Assembly: GCA_024408765.1 (NCBI GenBank) | Contig: JAKSUR010000001.1 | Span: forward strand, 15,612-79,611 | DNA: 64,000 bases | Direction of reading: 5' to 3' | Origin: a bacterium | GTDB taxonomy: Bacteria > Cyanobacteriota > Vampirovibrionia > Gastranaerophilales > Gastranaerophilaceae | Part shown: positions 1 to 10,006 of the stretch, piece after piece | Numbering within the stretch: position 1 is the first letter of the stretch | Layout: the number at the start of each line of letters is the position of its first letter | Notes under the pieces: generated by a model | The model's input: the letters and a program-made list of their open reading frames with translations, nothing else | Told to the model about the DNA's origin: nothing | Databases searched by the model: none | Translations under genes and position numbers: made by a program

Positions 1-1
1 T

Positions 2-796
2 GCAATGGAATTAGGTAAAATCAACAGATATTCGACTATAAATGACACCGGAAAAATAAAAGTCGGTTGGTGGACTATTAAAAATTATGATTATGCAAGA
101 CATCCGAATCCCGGAGTAATTGATTTGGTATATTTATTTGAACATTCAAGTAATGTCGCATCGGTTATTGTTGCTCAAATGATGAATAAATTTGAATATC
201 ACGATATGTTAAAAAAATTCGGGTTTGGTGAAAGAACAGGAATTGATTTGTCAGGAGAATCTTCCGGTTTGTTAAAATCGCCTGCAAAATGGGATAGTGC
301 AGACCATGCATCAATGGGCTACGGTTATGGTTCGTCTGTTACCGCAATTCAAATGGTATCTGCTGTTTCAGCAATTGCAAATGACGGAGTCAGAGTTACT
401 CCGCATGTTATAAAATATTCTCCTGAAGAAGAAGCAATAAAAATCAAAAAAGTTCAAGTAATGACACCTGAACATGCAAGAATAATTACGGATTTGCTGA
501 CAGAAAGCATTAACAGAGGACATTCGCCAATCAAATCAGATTCATATAATATAGCCGCAAAAACTGGTACATCAATTAAGCCAAAAGAAAATGGTGCGGG
601 GTATACTAACAAATTATACACTTCAATTGTAGGTTATATGCCTTCAAGTGATCCGCAAGTGTTAATATATGTAATCGTAGACTCTGCACAAGGCGGAGAA
701 ATTTGGGGAAATACTGTTGCCGCTCCAATTTTTAAAGAAATTTCAACACAGGTTGCACACATTTTAAGCTTACAACCTGATAAGGTGAAACTGTGA
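2..796 (+). CDS. Class B penicillin-binding protein (FtsI/PBP2-type transpeptidase), C-terminal part; the 5' end lies upstream of the window
   Basis: The frame is open from the window edge. The translation carries the KTGT box (IAAKTGTS) and a PBP transpeptidase C-terminal pattern. It is followed by murE as in dcw clusters. Confidence 0.85.
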   Translation, partial: AMELGKINRYSTINDTGKIKVGWWTIKNYDYARHPNPGVIDLVYLFEHSSNVASVIVAQMMNKFEYHDMLKKFGFGERTGIDLSGESSGLLKSPAKWDSADHASMGYGYGSSVTAIQMVSAVSAIANDGVRVTPHVIKYSPEEEAIKIKKVQVMTPEHARIITDLLTESINRGHSPIKSDSYNIAAKTGTSIKPKENGAGYTNKLYTSIVGYMPSSDPQVLIYVIVDSAQGGEIWGNTVAAPIFKEISTQVAHILSLQPDKVKL

Positions 797-829
797 TATA
801 ATTTATTATGTAGATAGAATGAGGGAAAT

Positions 830-2299
830 ATGAAGCTTAGAAATTTATTACAAGATGTTAATTATTTAGAAACAGTCAATTTAGAAGATATACTTGATGA
901 TGAGGTAAATGGAATTTCATATAATTCTAAAACAACTCAACAAGGTGATATCTTTATATGCATAATGGGCGAACACGTTGACGGACACGAATATGCAGAA
1001 GATGCACTATTAAATGGGGCTTTGGTTTGTGTAGTAGAAAGACGTTTGAGCATAAATGCACCGCAAATAATTGTTGAATCAGCAGAAGAATCTATTGCTT
1101 GCATTTCAAGTGCATTTTATGCAAACCCATCCTCTAAGGTTAATGTTATAGGTGTTACCGGTACAAATGGTAAAACAACAGTTTCACATCTTATACAAAA
1201 ATTATATGAGAGGTTTAACCAAAAATGTGTTTTAATAGGTACTTTGGGATACAAATTCAAAAGTGAAGGTGGAAAATATCATAGCACAGGACATACAACA
1301 CCACAAGCACCTGAATTACAAAGACTTTTATATTATGCTAATGAAAGATGCCATGATAATGTTGTAATGGAGGTTTCTTCACATTCTTTGGTGCAACATA
1401 GAGTTGATTATATTGACTTTAACGGAGCAGTATTCACTAACCTAACGCAAGATCATTTGGATTTTCATATTACAATGGAAAATTATTTTAGAGCAAAGTC
1501 TATTTTATTTGAAAATTTAGTATCAGGAGATTTTGCAGTAATAAATGCCGATGATGCTTATGCGGAAAGATTCAAAGAAGTAATTTCACCAAATGTAAAT
1601 ATTTATACCTATGGTATTGCTTCTAATGCTGATGTTCAGGCAAAAAATATTAAATTTAATAATGATGGTGCAAGTTTTACTTGTGCTGTGAAAGGTAAAG
1701 AATACAAAGTTAATATGCTTATGAACGGAATGTTTTCTGTATATAATGTTCTCGCTGCCACTGCTACGGCACTTGCATTAGGTTTTGATATAGAAAATTC
1801 TCTTAAAACTTTTGAGCAAATACGAGGTGTCGCCGGCAGATTTGAAATAATTGTAAATAAGCCGACTGTTATAGTAGATTATGCTCATACACCTGACGGA
1901 TTGGAAAATGTTTTAAAAGCATCCAGAGAAATTACTCCTGATAATGGAAATTTGATTTGCTTATTTGGTTGCGGAGGGGACAGAGATGCTACAAAAAGAC
2001 CTAAAATGGGTGAAATAGCCGAAAGACTTGCGGATAAAGTTATTGTCACAAGCGATAATCCTCGTTCGGAAAATCCGGAGCAAATTATTACGGATATTCT
2101 GGCAGGATTTAAAAGCACTTCAGAAGTGCTTGTAGTGCCGGACAGGGAACTTGCCATTAAAGAAGCATACAAACTTGCGAATGCAAATGATGTTGTTCTT
2201 GTTGCAGGCAAGGGTCATGAAGATTATCAAATTCTTGCCGATAAAACTATTCATTTTGATGATAGAGAGAAAGTGCGTGAAATTTTTATAGGTGATTAA
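830..2299 (+). CDS. murE: UDP-N-acetylmuramoyl-L-alanyl-D-glutamate--2,6-diaminopimelate ligase
   Basis: 489 aa with the Mur ligase P-loop GVTGTNGKTT and the DNPR motif (VTSDNPRSENP) typical of meso-DAP-adding MurE. A GAGGG Shine-Dalgarno lies just upstream of the ATG. Confidence 0.95.
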   Translation: MKLRNLLQDVNYLETVNLEDILDDEVNGISYNSKTTQQGDIFICIMGEHVDGHEYAEDALLNGALVCVVERRLSINAPQIIVESAEESIACISSAFYANPSSKVNVIGVTGTNGKTTVSHLIQKLYERFNQKCVLIGTLGYKFKSEGGKYHSTGHTTPQAPELQRLLYYANERCHDNVVMEVSSHSLVQHRVDYIDFNGAVFTNLTQDHLDFHITMENYFRAKSILFENLVSGDFAVINADDAYAERFKEVISPNVNIYTYGIASNADVQAKNIKFNNDGASFTCAVKGKEYKVNMLMNGMFSVYNVLAATATALALGFDIENSLKTFEQIRGVAGRFEIIVNKPTVIVDYAHTPDGLENVLKASREITPDNGNLICLFGCGGDRDATKRPKMGEIAERLADKVIVTSDNPRSENPEQIITDILAGFKSTSEVLVVPDRELAIKEAYKLANANDVVLVAGKGHEDYQILADKTIHFDDREKVREIFIGD

Positions 2300-2314
2300 G
2301 ACAAAGGAATTAGT

Positions 2315-3232
2315 ATGAGTTTTAAAACGCCATTAATAATAGAACAGCATATTCACGGTGCATTCGGAGTCGATTTTAATACTGTTGTAAATACAGGAGA
2401 AATTATTACTGTTGCGGATAAACTTTTAAAATGCGGTATTGGAGGGTTTTTCCCGACTCTTGTTACAGATTCGGTTCAGAACATCAAAAGACAAATAAAA
2501 CTTATTAAAGAGGCATCTTTAATTTGTCCGAGAATAATTGGAATCCATTTGGAAGGTATCTTTATTAATCCGCAAAAAAAAGGTATACATAATATCGAGC
2601 ATTTTATGCCTTTATTGGCGGAAAATTATAAACTTATTGAAGACGATTTTATAAAAATAGTTACGCTTGCTCCTGAGCTTGATGAAGATTTAATTGAGTA
2701 TCTTAAAAATAAGAATGTAAAAGTTCAGGCGGGACATTGTGTTGGCGGTACGACAAATAATATTGACGGATTTACACACACATTTAATGCAATGACAGGA
2801 ATCAGTCACAGAAATGAATCTACGGCATTATCATCACTTATAAATGATAATTTGTATTCCGAAATTATAGCAGACGGTGTTCATGTAAGTGACAACGCTT
2901 TAAAACTTTTTTTCAAGGCAAAACCTGATGATAAAGTGATTTTAGTGAGTGATGCACTGCCAATTACGGAAAGTAATTTGAAAGAAACAATATTTGCGGA
3001 TTCAAAAATATATTATGACGGTATAAAAGCAATTTCAATTGACGGAACTATTGCAGGAAGTACGACTTTGCTTAATAAAATTGTCAAACGTCTGAGCTCG
3101 ATTGGTTTAATGAAATCTCAATATATTGAAAATCCTTATTTATATCACAATTTATTTCAAAATGGTGAAATATTATGGGATGATAATTGGAATATTTCAA
3201 AAATTACTTACAAAGGACAGCAAATTTTATGA
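2315..3232 (+). CDS. N-acetylglucosamine-6-phosphate deacetylase-like amidohydrolase (short form)
   Basis: 305 aa. The ordered NagA-type ligand pattern is present: HIHG, HLEG, QAGH, THTFNAM, VSDA. It lacks the roughly 50-aa N-terminal segment of canonical (about 380 aa) NagA. Confidence 0.65.
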   Translation: MSFKTPLIIEQHIHGAFGVDFNTVVNTGEIITVADKLLKCGIGGFFPTLVTDSVQNIKRQIKLIKEASLICPRIIGIHLEGIFINPQKKGIHNIEHFMPLLAENYKLIEDDFIKIVTLAPELDEDLIEYLKNKNVKVQAGHCVGGTTNNIDGFTHTFNAMTGISHRNESTALSSLINDNLYSEIIADGVHVSDNALKLFFKAKPDDKVILVSDALPITESNLKETIFADSKIYYDGIKAISIDGTIAGSTTLLNKIVKRLSSIGLMKSQYIENPYLYHNLFQNGEILWDDNWNISKITYKGQQIL

Positions 3233-5778
3233 CATGTTTTTTTAGAAACCAGTACGAAGCTTTATATAATTCAACAAAACCCTATCAATATGTAGGCGGA
3301 GAATATTTAACTTGTAACAAAGATTTTGATTCTGCAAGTATCAGATTTGCATTTGTTTTTCCCGATAAATATGAAATAGGGATAAGCAATCTTGGTGTCA
3401 GAATAATTTATGACAGAGTAAATTCTGTTGACAGATTTATGGCAGACAGAGCTTATGCACCTGAACCTGATTTTAAACCGGATTTTTTATATGGTGTTGA
3501 ATCAAAAAGAGCGTTGAAAGATTTTGACGGGATAGGATTTTCTGTTCAATACGAACTTTCTTATCCTACAATTCTAAAAATGCTTGAAATGTCAGGGATT
3601 GGTGTTAAAAATTCCGAACGAAAAGATGATGAGCCGATTGTATTTGCGGGTGGCCCGTGTGCATTTAATCCGCTTCCGCTATCTGATTTTATTGATGTTT
3701 TTTGTATCGGCGACGGTGAAGAAATGATGGTCGAAGTTTGCGAAGTGCTTGAAAGAACAAAAGGAAAGCCAAGAAAAGACAGGATTGTCGAGCTTTGTCA
3801 AATTGAAGGTTGTTGGTCAAATGAAGTGTCGTTAAAACCCGTAAAAAAACGAATCTCGCCGCTTTTAAAAGAATATGCACCAAAGTTTTATCCGATACCT
3901 TTTTCAAATTCTGTTCAAGACAGAGCGGTTGTCGAAATACGAAGAGGTTGCGGAAGAATGTGCAGATTTTGTCAACCGGGGCATGTCACATTGCCGATTA
4001 GAGAGCGTTCGGCTGAAGATATTATTGATATTGCAAAAATGCTTGTAAAAAATACGGGTTATGATGAATACTCACTTCTATCGCTTTCGTCAAATGATTA
4101 TTCAAATATTAAAGAGGTTATTAAAGAATTATCGGTTGATTTTGATGAGAAAAAAATATCTGTATCACTTCCAAGCCAAAGGATTGACGGATTTAATCTT
4201 GAACTTGCGGAATTAACTCAATCAGTCAGAAAATCTACAATAACACTTGCTCCCGAAGCAGGTAGTCAAAGATTAAGGAATGTTATTAAAAAGAATATTT
4301 CAGATGAACAAATAGTTAATACAGCACTTACTCTGTATGAAAACGGCTGGTCAAAATTAAAATTTTATTTTATTTGCGGACTTCCGACCGAAACTCTAAA
4401 AGACATGGATGAAATGGCGGAGCTATTAAGCAAAATTAAATACCTTGTAAAACAAATTAAAAAAGAAAAAGGATTAACGCACGGACTGGAAATAACTTGT
4501 ACGCTTTCTATTTTTGTTCCGAAACCTTTTACTCCGTTTCAATGGTGTGGTCAAATGAATTTGGATATTGTAGAAGAACATATAAAATACTTGAAAGAAA
4601 AAACGAAACATATTAAAGGTTTAAAAATTAATTATCATGACAAATTTGTTTCTCAGATAGAAGCTGTTTTAACTCGTGGAGATAAAACTCTTTGTAATTA
4701 TATTTATGCACTATATCAAAAGGGTTGTTATTTGGATGCTTGGGGCGAATATTTTGACAAAGATATATGGAAAACAACTGCCGAAGAATTTGGTTTCACA
4801 CTAAAAAGCAAAGCAGAAAAAGAATTTGATTTAACCGAAAATTTGCCGTGGGATTTTATAGATGTCGGAATTAATAAAGAATGGTTACAAAGAGAATATG
4901 AGTTTGCAATGCTTCAAGGTTGTGAATTCAATTTGCAACCTACATGTGAACACAAGTGTGTTGATTGCGGTGTTTGCAAAAATTTGAGTACACATAAAGT
5001 GATTGCAAAAACTTATCAATTATCCTCAAAAGCTATTGAAATAAACGAAAAAAAAATAAAATCAGAAAAAATAGATCCAACAAGAGTTCATCCTGATGCG
5101 AATACACCTGTTTATAAATATAGGTTAAAAATCACAAAAAAAGGACTTTTAAGATATTTTTCACATCTTGATTGGCAAAATACTTTTCATAAAGCACTTG
5201 CCAGGACAGGGTTAAGAGTAGCCTACACGCTTGGTTTTAATCCTACAATGAAGGTTTCTATGGGAATTGCGTTACCGCTTTTTGCAGAAAGCGAAGGAGA
5301 ATTTGTTGATATCGAATTATTTGATAAAATCTCTACAAACCAATTATCCGAGTTGATTAATAAGAATTTGCCTTATGGAGCAAAAATAATTTCCACAAAA
5401 GAAATAGAAAGACATTCTACTCCTATCGAAATTCTCGCACAATGGGCAGAATATAAAATTACTCCTTACAATAAATCAAATACACAAGAACTTTACAATA
5501 ATGAAAAATTTGTGTATGATGTAGAAAAAGTTTTATCTTTGCCTGAAATTTTAATGACAAAGAAAAACAAAAAAGGTTTGGAAAAAACAACAGACATTAA
5601 AAAATCTATAGGTTCATACAGGTTTGAAAACGGAAGTCTGTTTATATACTTAAAAACAGGTCAAGGTTCTGAGATTCCTGCATTAAGAGCAGATAGTCTT
5701 ATGGAATTAATTTCACCCGCTAAAATTTTTGAAGTGGTCAGATTAAGATTCCTTGACGAAAAATTGAGAGAATTATAA
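3229..5778 (+). CDS. Radical SAM protein (TIGR03960-like, B12-binding-like N-terminus) fused to a DUF2344/TIGR03936-like C-terminal module
   Basis: CX3CX2C cluster motif CGRMCRFC. The C-terminal third carries YFSHLDWQNTFHKALARTGLRVAYTLGFNP. I chose the start at the ATG that overlaps the upstream stop (ATGA at 3229-3232) rather than the track start at 3187. Confidence 0.8.
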   Translation: MTCFFRNQYEALYNSTKPYQYVGGEYLTCNKDFDSASIRFAFVFPDKYEIGISNLGVRIIYDRVNSVDRFMADRAYAPEPDFKPDFLYGVESKRALKDFDGIGFSVQYELSYPTILKMLEMSGIGVKNSERKDDEPIVFAGGPCAFNPLPLSDFIDVFCIGDGEEMMVEVCEVLERTKGKPRKDRIVELCQIEGCWSNEVSLKPVKKRISPLLKEYAPKFYPIPFSNSVQDRAVVEIRRGCGRMCRFCQPGHVTLPIRERSAEDIIDIAKMLVKNTGYDEYSLLSLSSNDYSNIKEVIKELSVDFDEKKISVSLPSQRIDGFNLELAELTQSVRKSTITLAPEAGSQRLRNVIKKNISDEQIVNTALTLYENGWSKLKFYFICGLPTETLKDMDEMAELLSKIKYLVKQIKKEKGLTHGLEITCTLSIFVPKPFTPFQWCGQMNLDIVEEHIKYLKEKTKHIKGLKINYHDKFVSQIEAVLTRGDKTLCNYIYALYQKGCYLDAWGEYFDKDIWKTTAEEFGFTLKSKAEKEFDLTENLPWDFIDVGINKEWLQREYEFAMLQGCEFNLQPTCEHKCVDCGVCKNLSTHKVIAKTYQLSSKAIEINEKKIKSEKIDPTRVHPDANTPVYKYRLKITKKGLLRYFSHLDWQNTFHKALARTGLRVAYTLGFNPTMKVSMGIALPLFAESEGEFVDIELFDKISTNQLSELINKNLPYGAKIISTKEIERHSTPIEILAQWAEYKITPYNKSNTQELYNNEKFVYDVEKVLSLPEILMTKKNKKGLEKTTDIKKSIGSYRFENGSLFIYLKTGQGSEIPALRADSLMELISPAKIFEVVRLRFLDEKLREL

Positions 5779-5795
5779 AAGTAAAGGATTTAATT

Positions 5796-7505
5796 ATGAA
5801 AGAAACAAATGTACCCAACAAAATCATTATAGCTGAACGTGATAATATAGCAGCTGTTATGGAAAATGGTAAAGTATCAGAATTTTATGTTCATAGAGGC
5901 GAAATTATTTTGGGTGATGTTTATTTGGCACAAGTAGAAAATATTTTGCCGAGTATTGAAGCAGCATTTGTTAATGTCGGTTCGGATAAAATGGGCTTTT
6001 TACACGCACAAGATATTGTAGGAAAAGGTGCTTTGCAAGATAAATTAACACCTAAACAAAAACTTGTCGTACAAGTTGTCAAAGAACCAACCGGACACAA
6101 AGGGCCTCGTGTCACTACAGAAATTTCACTACCGGGAAGATTTTTGGTTTTAATGCCTAACGAAGCCGGAGTCAGTGTAAGTAAAAAAATTACTTCATCA
6201 AAGGAAAGAGCGAGATTAAAATCGGTTGTAAATCTTTTAAAACCGGTTGGTGTAGGTGTTATTATAAGAACCGAAGCAGAAAACCAGACGGAAGCGGATA
6301 TTCAAGAGGATTTAGAAATTCTTTTGGAAAAATGGAATAATATCATAACTTCTGCCGAAAGCATGACTCCTCCTAATCTTTTATACAGAGATCAGGATTT
6401 ATTATACAGAGTTATTCGAGAAGCTTGTAATGAATATACACAAGAAATTATTGTAGATACAGGATTTGCACTTAACAGAGTGCAAACTTTGCTTCAAAAT
6501 TGGCACATGAACAAAAATATTAATGTAACTTTATACAAAGGCTCAGAACCGCTTTTAGTTGCAATGGATATTCACAAAGAAATTAAAGCAGCATTAAGTA
6601 TGAAAGTAAATCTTCCGTCCGGCGGTTATTTGTTTATACAAACAACCGAAGCGCTTACTGTAATTGATGTTAACAGCGGTAAGTTTACAAATTCCGCAAC
6701 CCAAGATGAAACTATTTTAAAAACAAATATTGAAGCCGTTCATGAAATCGCTCGTCAATTAAGGCTTAGAAATATCGGCGGTATGATTATTATTGACTTT
6801 ATTGATATGACTACAAGAATGGACAAACTTGCAATGATGGAAGAACTTGAACTCGCAATGGAAGAAGACAAGGCTAAACCGCAAGTCGGACAACTATCGG
6901 ATTTAGGACTTGTTGAAATGACACGTCACAGACAGGGACAAGCCGTAAGCGAAATATTTGCAAAAAAATGTCCGCATTGCCAAGGAAACGGCTATATAAT
7001 GGAAGATATTAAATTTGCTTCTTCAACAGCAGAAGGTGAATACAGAGCGAAAGCCGCTAAGTTAAAACTTCCTATGAATAATAACAAACGTGGCAATAAA
7101 TTTAATAAAAATAATAATCAAATGCCTGTTGAACAAAAACAAGAAATTATTGAGCAAGAAGAAAAACTTGATATAATTCAAAATCCATTAGTAGAAGCAA
7201 ATACTGAAATTAAAGAAGTTATCGAGGAAAAAGAAACAAAAAAAAGAAAAGCAAGAAAACCTAAATTTGATAAAAATAAAGTAAAACAAGAAGTTAGTGA
7301 TACTTCAATTGCGACAACCGTAGTAACAGAAGGTGCTGTAATAGAGCCGATTTTACCGGAAATTCCTCAAAAAAATGAGTCTGTTGAGGCGAAACCAATT
7401 GAAGAAGAAAAACCAAAAACTCAAACACGTTCTCGCAGACCAAACAGAAATACTCAAAAGAAATCAAGAACTACAAAAAAGAGTCAAAAAACAGATGAAG
7501 AATAA
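5796..7505 (+). CDS. Ribonuclease E/G family endoribonuclease with a Lys/Arg-rich C-terminal tail
   Basis: 569 aa with an S1-like N-terminus and the Rne/Rng catalytic core (TVIDVNSGKF, GGMIIIDFIDM, LVEMTRHR, CPHCQGNG zinc link). The tail reads RSRRPNRNTQKKSRTTKKSQK. Confidence 0.9.
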   Translation: MKETNVPNKIIIAERDNIAAVMENGKVSEFYVHRGEIILGDVYLAQVENILPSIEAAFVNVGSDKMGFLHAQDIVGKGALQDKLTPKQKLVVQVVKEPTGHKGPRVTTEISLPGRFLVLMPNEAGVSVSKKITSSKERARLKSVVNLLKPVGVGVIIRTEAENQTEADIQEDLEILLEKWNNIITSAESMTPPNLLYRDQDLLYRVIREACNEYTQEIIVDTGFALNRVQTLLQNWHMNKNINVTLYKGSEPLLVAMDIHKEIKAALSMKVNLPSGGYLFIQTTEALTVIDVNSGKFTNSATQDETILKTNIEAVHEIARQLRLRNIGGMIIIDFIDMTTRMDKLAMMEELELAMEEDKAKPQVGQLSDLGLVEMTRHRQGQAVSEIFAKKCPHCQGNGYIMEDIKFASSTAEGEYRAKAAKLKLPMNNNKRGNKFNKNNNQMPVEQKQEIIEQEEKLDIIQNPLVEANTEIKEVIEEKETKKRKARKPKFDKNKVKQEVSDTSIATTVVTEGAVIEPILPEIPQKNESVEAKPIEEEKPKTQTRSRRPNRNTQKKSRTTKKSQKTDEE

Positions 7506-7929
7506 AATTTTTGCTATATTTATCATAATGTTGTTGTCTATGCCTCTTGGTGTGCAAGCGGCAAATGAGGTGCAAAAAATTGCACCACCTGTCCTTGAAG
7601 AAATTGAAGAGCCGTCGAATTCTATGGGTACGATTAATGAACAAGTGGTACAGCAGGAAGAAAGTATAAAAACGGATTCTTCTGTGATTCCTCATAAAGA
7701 ACCGCTACAGAAACGCAAGTTGTTGAAACTGTTTTTGAAAGCTATGTTTGCGGTCGGAATATCTTCGCTCGCTTTGTATATCGGATTAACAATTTATAAC
7801 AAAATTCGTGGTAATATGACAGAAAATTCTATAATCCAGAATTTTTCAGAAGCAAACACTTCTTTATCTGAACCAAATACAATTGAAGAAGCTGTTAAAA
7901 ATTTCTTGGATAAGACAAATTGGAAATAA
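7495..7929 (+). CDS. Hypothetical exported/membrane-anchored protein (signal peptide plus one C-proximal TM helix)
   Basis: The internal ATG at 7495 gives MKNKIFAIFIIMLLSMPLGVQA-ANE (signal-peptide-like). A later hydrophobic stretch reads LFLKAMFAVGISSLALYIGLTIY. The track ORF start at 7375 would overlap the RNase gene by 130 nt. Confidence 0.5.
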   Translation: MKNKIFAIFIIMLLSMPLGVQAANEVQKIAPPVLEEIEEPSNSMGTINEQVVQQEESIKTDSSVIPHKEPLQKRKLLKLFLKAMFAVGISSLALYIGLTIYNKIRGNMTENSIIQNFSEANTSLSEPNTIEEAVKNFLDKTNWK

Positions 7930-7931
7930 TA

Positions 7932-8738
7932 ATGCGTGAATTCGATTTTTATATAGTTCCGACACCAATTGGAAATATAGAGGACATAACATATAGAGCT
8001 GTTGAAGTTCTAAAATTCGTTGATTTTATTGCCTGCGAGGATACAAGAACAACTCAAAAGCTTTTAAATCATTACGATATTAAAACAAAATGCATTTCAT
8101 ATCATAAATACAATGAAAAAGAACGAATTGAATTTTTCCTGCAAGAATTGTCATCAGGTAAAAAAATTGCATTAGTTTCTGATGCGGGTACACCTATGAT
8201 TTGCGATCCGGGTGCCGTAATTTTACCTGAACTTTTAAAAAACGGTTATAAAGTAACTTCTCTTCCCGGCGCAAGTGCAGTTTTAACTTTTCTTTCACAA
8301 GTACCGAGAGAAAATGAAGAATTTACTTTTGTAGGTTTCATTCCACGCAAAGAAAGCCAAATTAAGGATTTGGTGACAAAATACAATTCACAAAATCTTG
8401 TATTTTATGATTCACCTCAAAGAATTTTAAAAACTCTTGATATAATTAAAACTTGTCGCAATAATCCAAAGGTAGCTTTAGGGAGAGAATTAACGAAACT
8501 TTTTGAAGAAGTCGTTGCAGGAGGTGCGGAGGATATTTTGAAACATTTTAAAGACGGAATTAAGGGCGAAATTGTCTGCATGATTTATGCAGATAAAAAT
8601 TCGGATAATTCTGAAATTATTTCAAAAATAAAAATGTTAAAAGAAAAAGGATATAAAGACAAAGATATTTCCATAATTCTTTCAACCTTGTATAATTATA
8701 ATAAAAACGACATTTATTCAATTTCATTAAAAGAATAA
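7932..8738 (+). CDS. rsmI: 16S rRNA (cytidine1402-2'-O)-methyltransferase
   Basis: Tetrapyrrole-methylase-fold N-terminus YIVPTPIGNIEDITYRA...IACEDTR and VSDAGTPMICDPG. The ATG at 7932 is preferred over the TTG at 7920. Confidence 0.9.
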   Translation: MREFDFYIVPTPIGNIEDITYRAVEVLKFVDFIACEDTRTTQKLLNHYDIKTKCISYHKYNEKERIEFFLQELSSGKKIALVSDAGTPMICDPGAVILPELLKNGYKVTSLPGASAVLTFLSQVPRENEEFTFVGFIPRKESQIKDLVTKYNSQNLVFYDSPQRILKTLDIIKTCRNNPKVALGRELTKLFEEVVAGGAEDILKHFKDGIKGEIVCMIYADKNSDNSEIISKIKMLKEKGYKDKDISIILSTLYNYNKNDIYSISLKE

Positions 8739-8884
8739 TGCAGATTCAAAATAATTATTTTTAAAAGTTCCTCATAACAATTTTGACTTTCTTTTTCTAT
8801 TTTACTCTCAAGGTGTTGCACTTCTAATCCGACTAAGTCCTTGAATCGTTATGTAAACATTTGTAAAAATTAGCAATAAAAACC

Positions 8885-8911
8885 TAAAGTTTTTGACAAA
8901 ATTGTCGATAA
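8885..8911 (+). promoter_or_regulatory. Putative sigma-28 (FliA) promoter: TAAA-N15-GTCGATAA
   Basis: TAAA at 8885-8888, an exactly 15-nt spacer, and GTCGATAA at 8904-8911, against the consensus TAAA-N15-GCCGATAA. It lies 31 nt upstream of the ATG at 8943. Confidence 0.55.
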
Positions 8912-8942
8912 CCTTAATACAAAGACAGGACAAAGGGTAATT

Positions 8943-9356
8943 ATGGCAAGCTCATTTAATTTAAATACTTTTTTACAAGAGTATAAAAGTTATAACAATC
9001 AAGCATATACCGCTTATGAAAACGGTCAAAATGCAATGCTTGAGAGAGAAATTAAACAGGCAGAAGATGCTGTTCGTGAGAGCGGACTGCTTACGTTAAC
9101 TTTGTCTGAAAAACTTGCAGAATTAGGCGTAGGAGAGCGAGTTCTTCAACAACTTGGTGATACTGCAATTAATATGTTGAAAGAAGTTGTTAATCCTATA
9201 ACTGATTATTTGGAAACTTATGAAAATATTTTTGACCAATCAAGATATCATTCTGAAATTCAAGCTTATGCTAAACAAATGTTCTTTGCTCACCAAGCTT
9301 TAGCAGAAGAATCGCAAGACCATGTTGAAGGTCAAAACTTTGTTTATACTATGTAA
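8943..9356 (+). CDS. Hypothetical 137-aa protein, predicted helical; possibly a late flagellar gene
   Basis: Clean ORF with an AAGGG SD, preceded by a FliA-like promoter and followed by a strong terminator. I recognise no family motif. Confidence 0.6.
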   Translation: MASSFNLNTFLQEYKSYNNQAYTAYENGQNAMLEREIKQAEDAVRESGLLTLTLSEKLAELGVGERVLQQLGDTAINMLKEVVNPITDYLETYENIFDQSRYHSEIQAYAKQMFFAHQALAEESQDHVEGQNFVYTM

Positions 9357-9380
9357 ATTCTCCTTATTTTCGCAATAAAA

Positions 9381-9410
9381 AGCCGACAGAAAAATATTTT
9401 TCTGTCGGCT
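9381..9410. terminator. Bidirectional intrinsic terminator shared by the 8943 ORF (+) and rplT (-)
   Basis: Perfect 10-bp stem AGCCGACAGA / TCTGTCGGCT with a 10-nt loop. It is flanked by an A-run on one side and T residues on the other. Confidence 0.7.
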
Positions 9411-9433
9411 TTCTCAATCTTAGACTTATCAAA

Positions 9434-9784
9434 TTATAAAGCAGCTTTTGCAGCATCAACAACAATTTGAAAAGCCTCTTTGTCATTGACTGCAAGGTCG
9501 GCAAGCATCTTTCTGTTAACTTGAATATTAGCTTTTTTGCAAGCATTAACAAATCTTGAATAACTCATGCCTTGTTCTCTAACGGCCGCATTAATTCTAA
9601 TAATCCAAAGGCGACGCATATTTCTCTTGGTAGCACGTCTGTCTCTGTAAGCATATTTCAAAGCTTTCATTACAGCGATATTAGCTACTTTAAAGATTCT
9701 GCTTCTTGCACCTTTGAAACCTTTAGCTAACTTTAATATTTTCTTGTGTCTGTTGCGACATACATTTCCACGTTTAATTCTCAT
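9434..9784 (-). CDS. rplT: 50S ribosomal protein L20
   Basis: 116 aa: [29 protein letters not shown]... is the typical L20 sequence. Confidence 0.97.
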   Translation of the reverse strand: MRIKRGNVCRNRHKKILKLAKGFKGARSRIFKVANIAVMKALKYAYRDRRATKRNMRRLWIIRINAAVREQGMSYSRFVNACKKANIQVNRKMLADLAVNDKEAFQIVVDAAKAAL

Positions 9785-9796
9785 TGTTCAACACTC

Positions 9797-10006
9797 CTAT
9801 CTTGAATACTTCTTGTAAGGTAACTCTTTAGAAATCAATTTTTCGTGAGTTTCAGAAATCACTACATCTCCGAAAATCTTACGTTTTCTTGATTCTGATT
9901 TGTGTTGAAGCAAGTGTCCGATACCTGCATGTCGTCTTGTGATTTTACCGGTTGCAGTTACTTTATATCTTTTTGCTGCTGCACGGTGTGTTTTTAATTT
10001 TGGCAT
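9797..10006 (-). CDS. rpmI: 50S ribosomal protein L35
   Basis: MPKLKTHRAAAKRYKVTATGKI... (69 aa) starting at the ATG at 10006, with a CCAGGAGGAA SD. The longer track ORF (to 10132) has no support. Confidence 0.95.
   Translation of the reverse strand: MPKLKTHRAAAKRYKVTATGKITRRHAGIGHLLQHKSESRKRKIFGDVVISETHEKLISKELPYKKYSR

Noticed and set aside
7375-7494. An upstream 40-aa extension of the 184-aa ORF that overlaps the RNase E/G tail
   Set aside because: The extension is just the alternate frame of the Lys-rich RNase tail. A signal-peptide-like N-terminus begins at the internal ATG at 7495.
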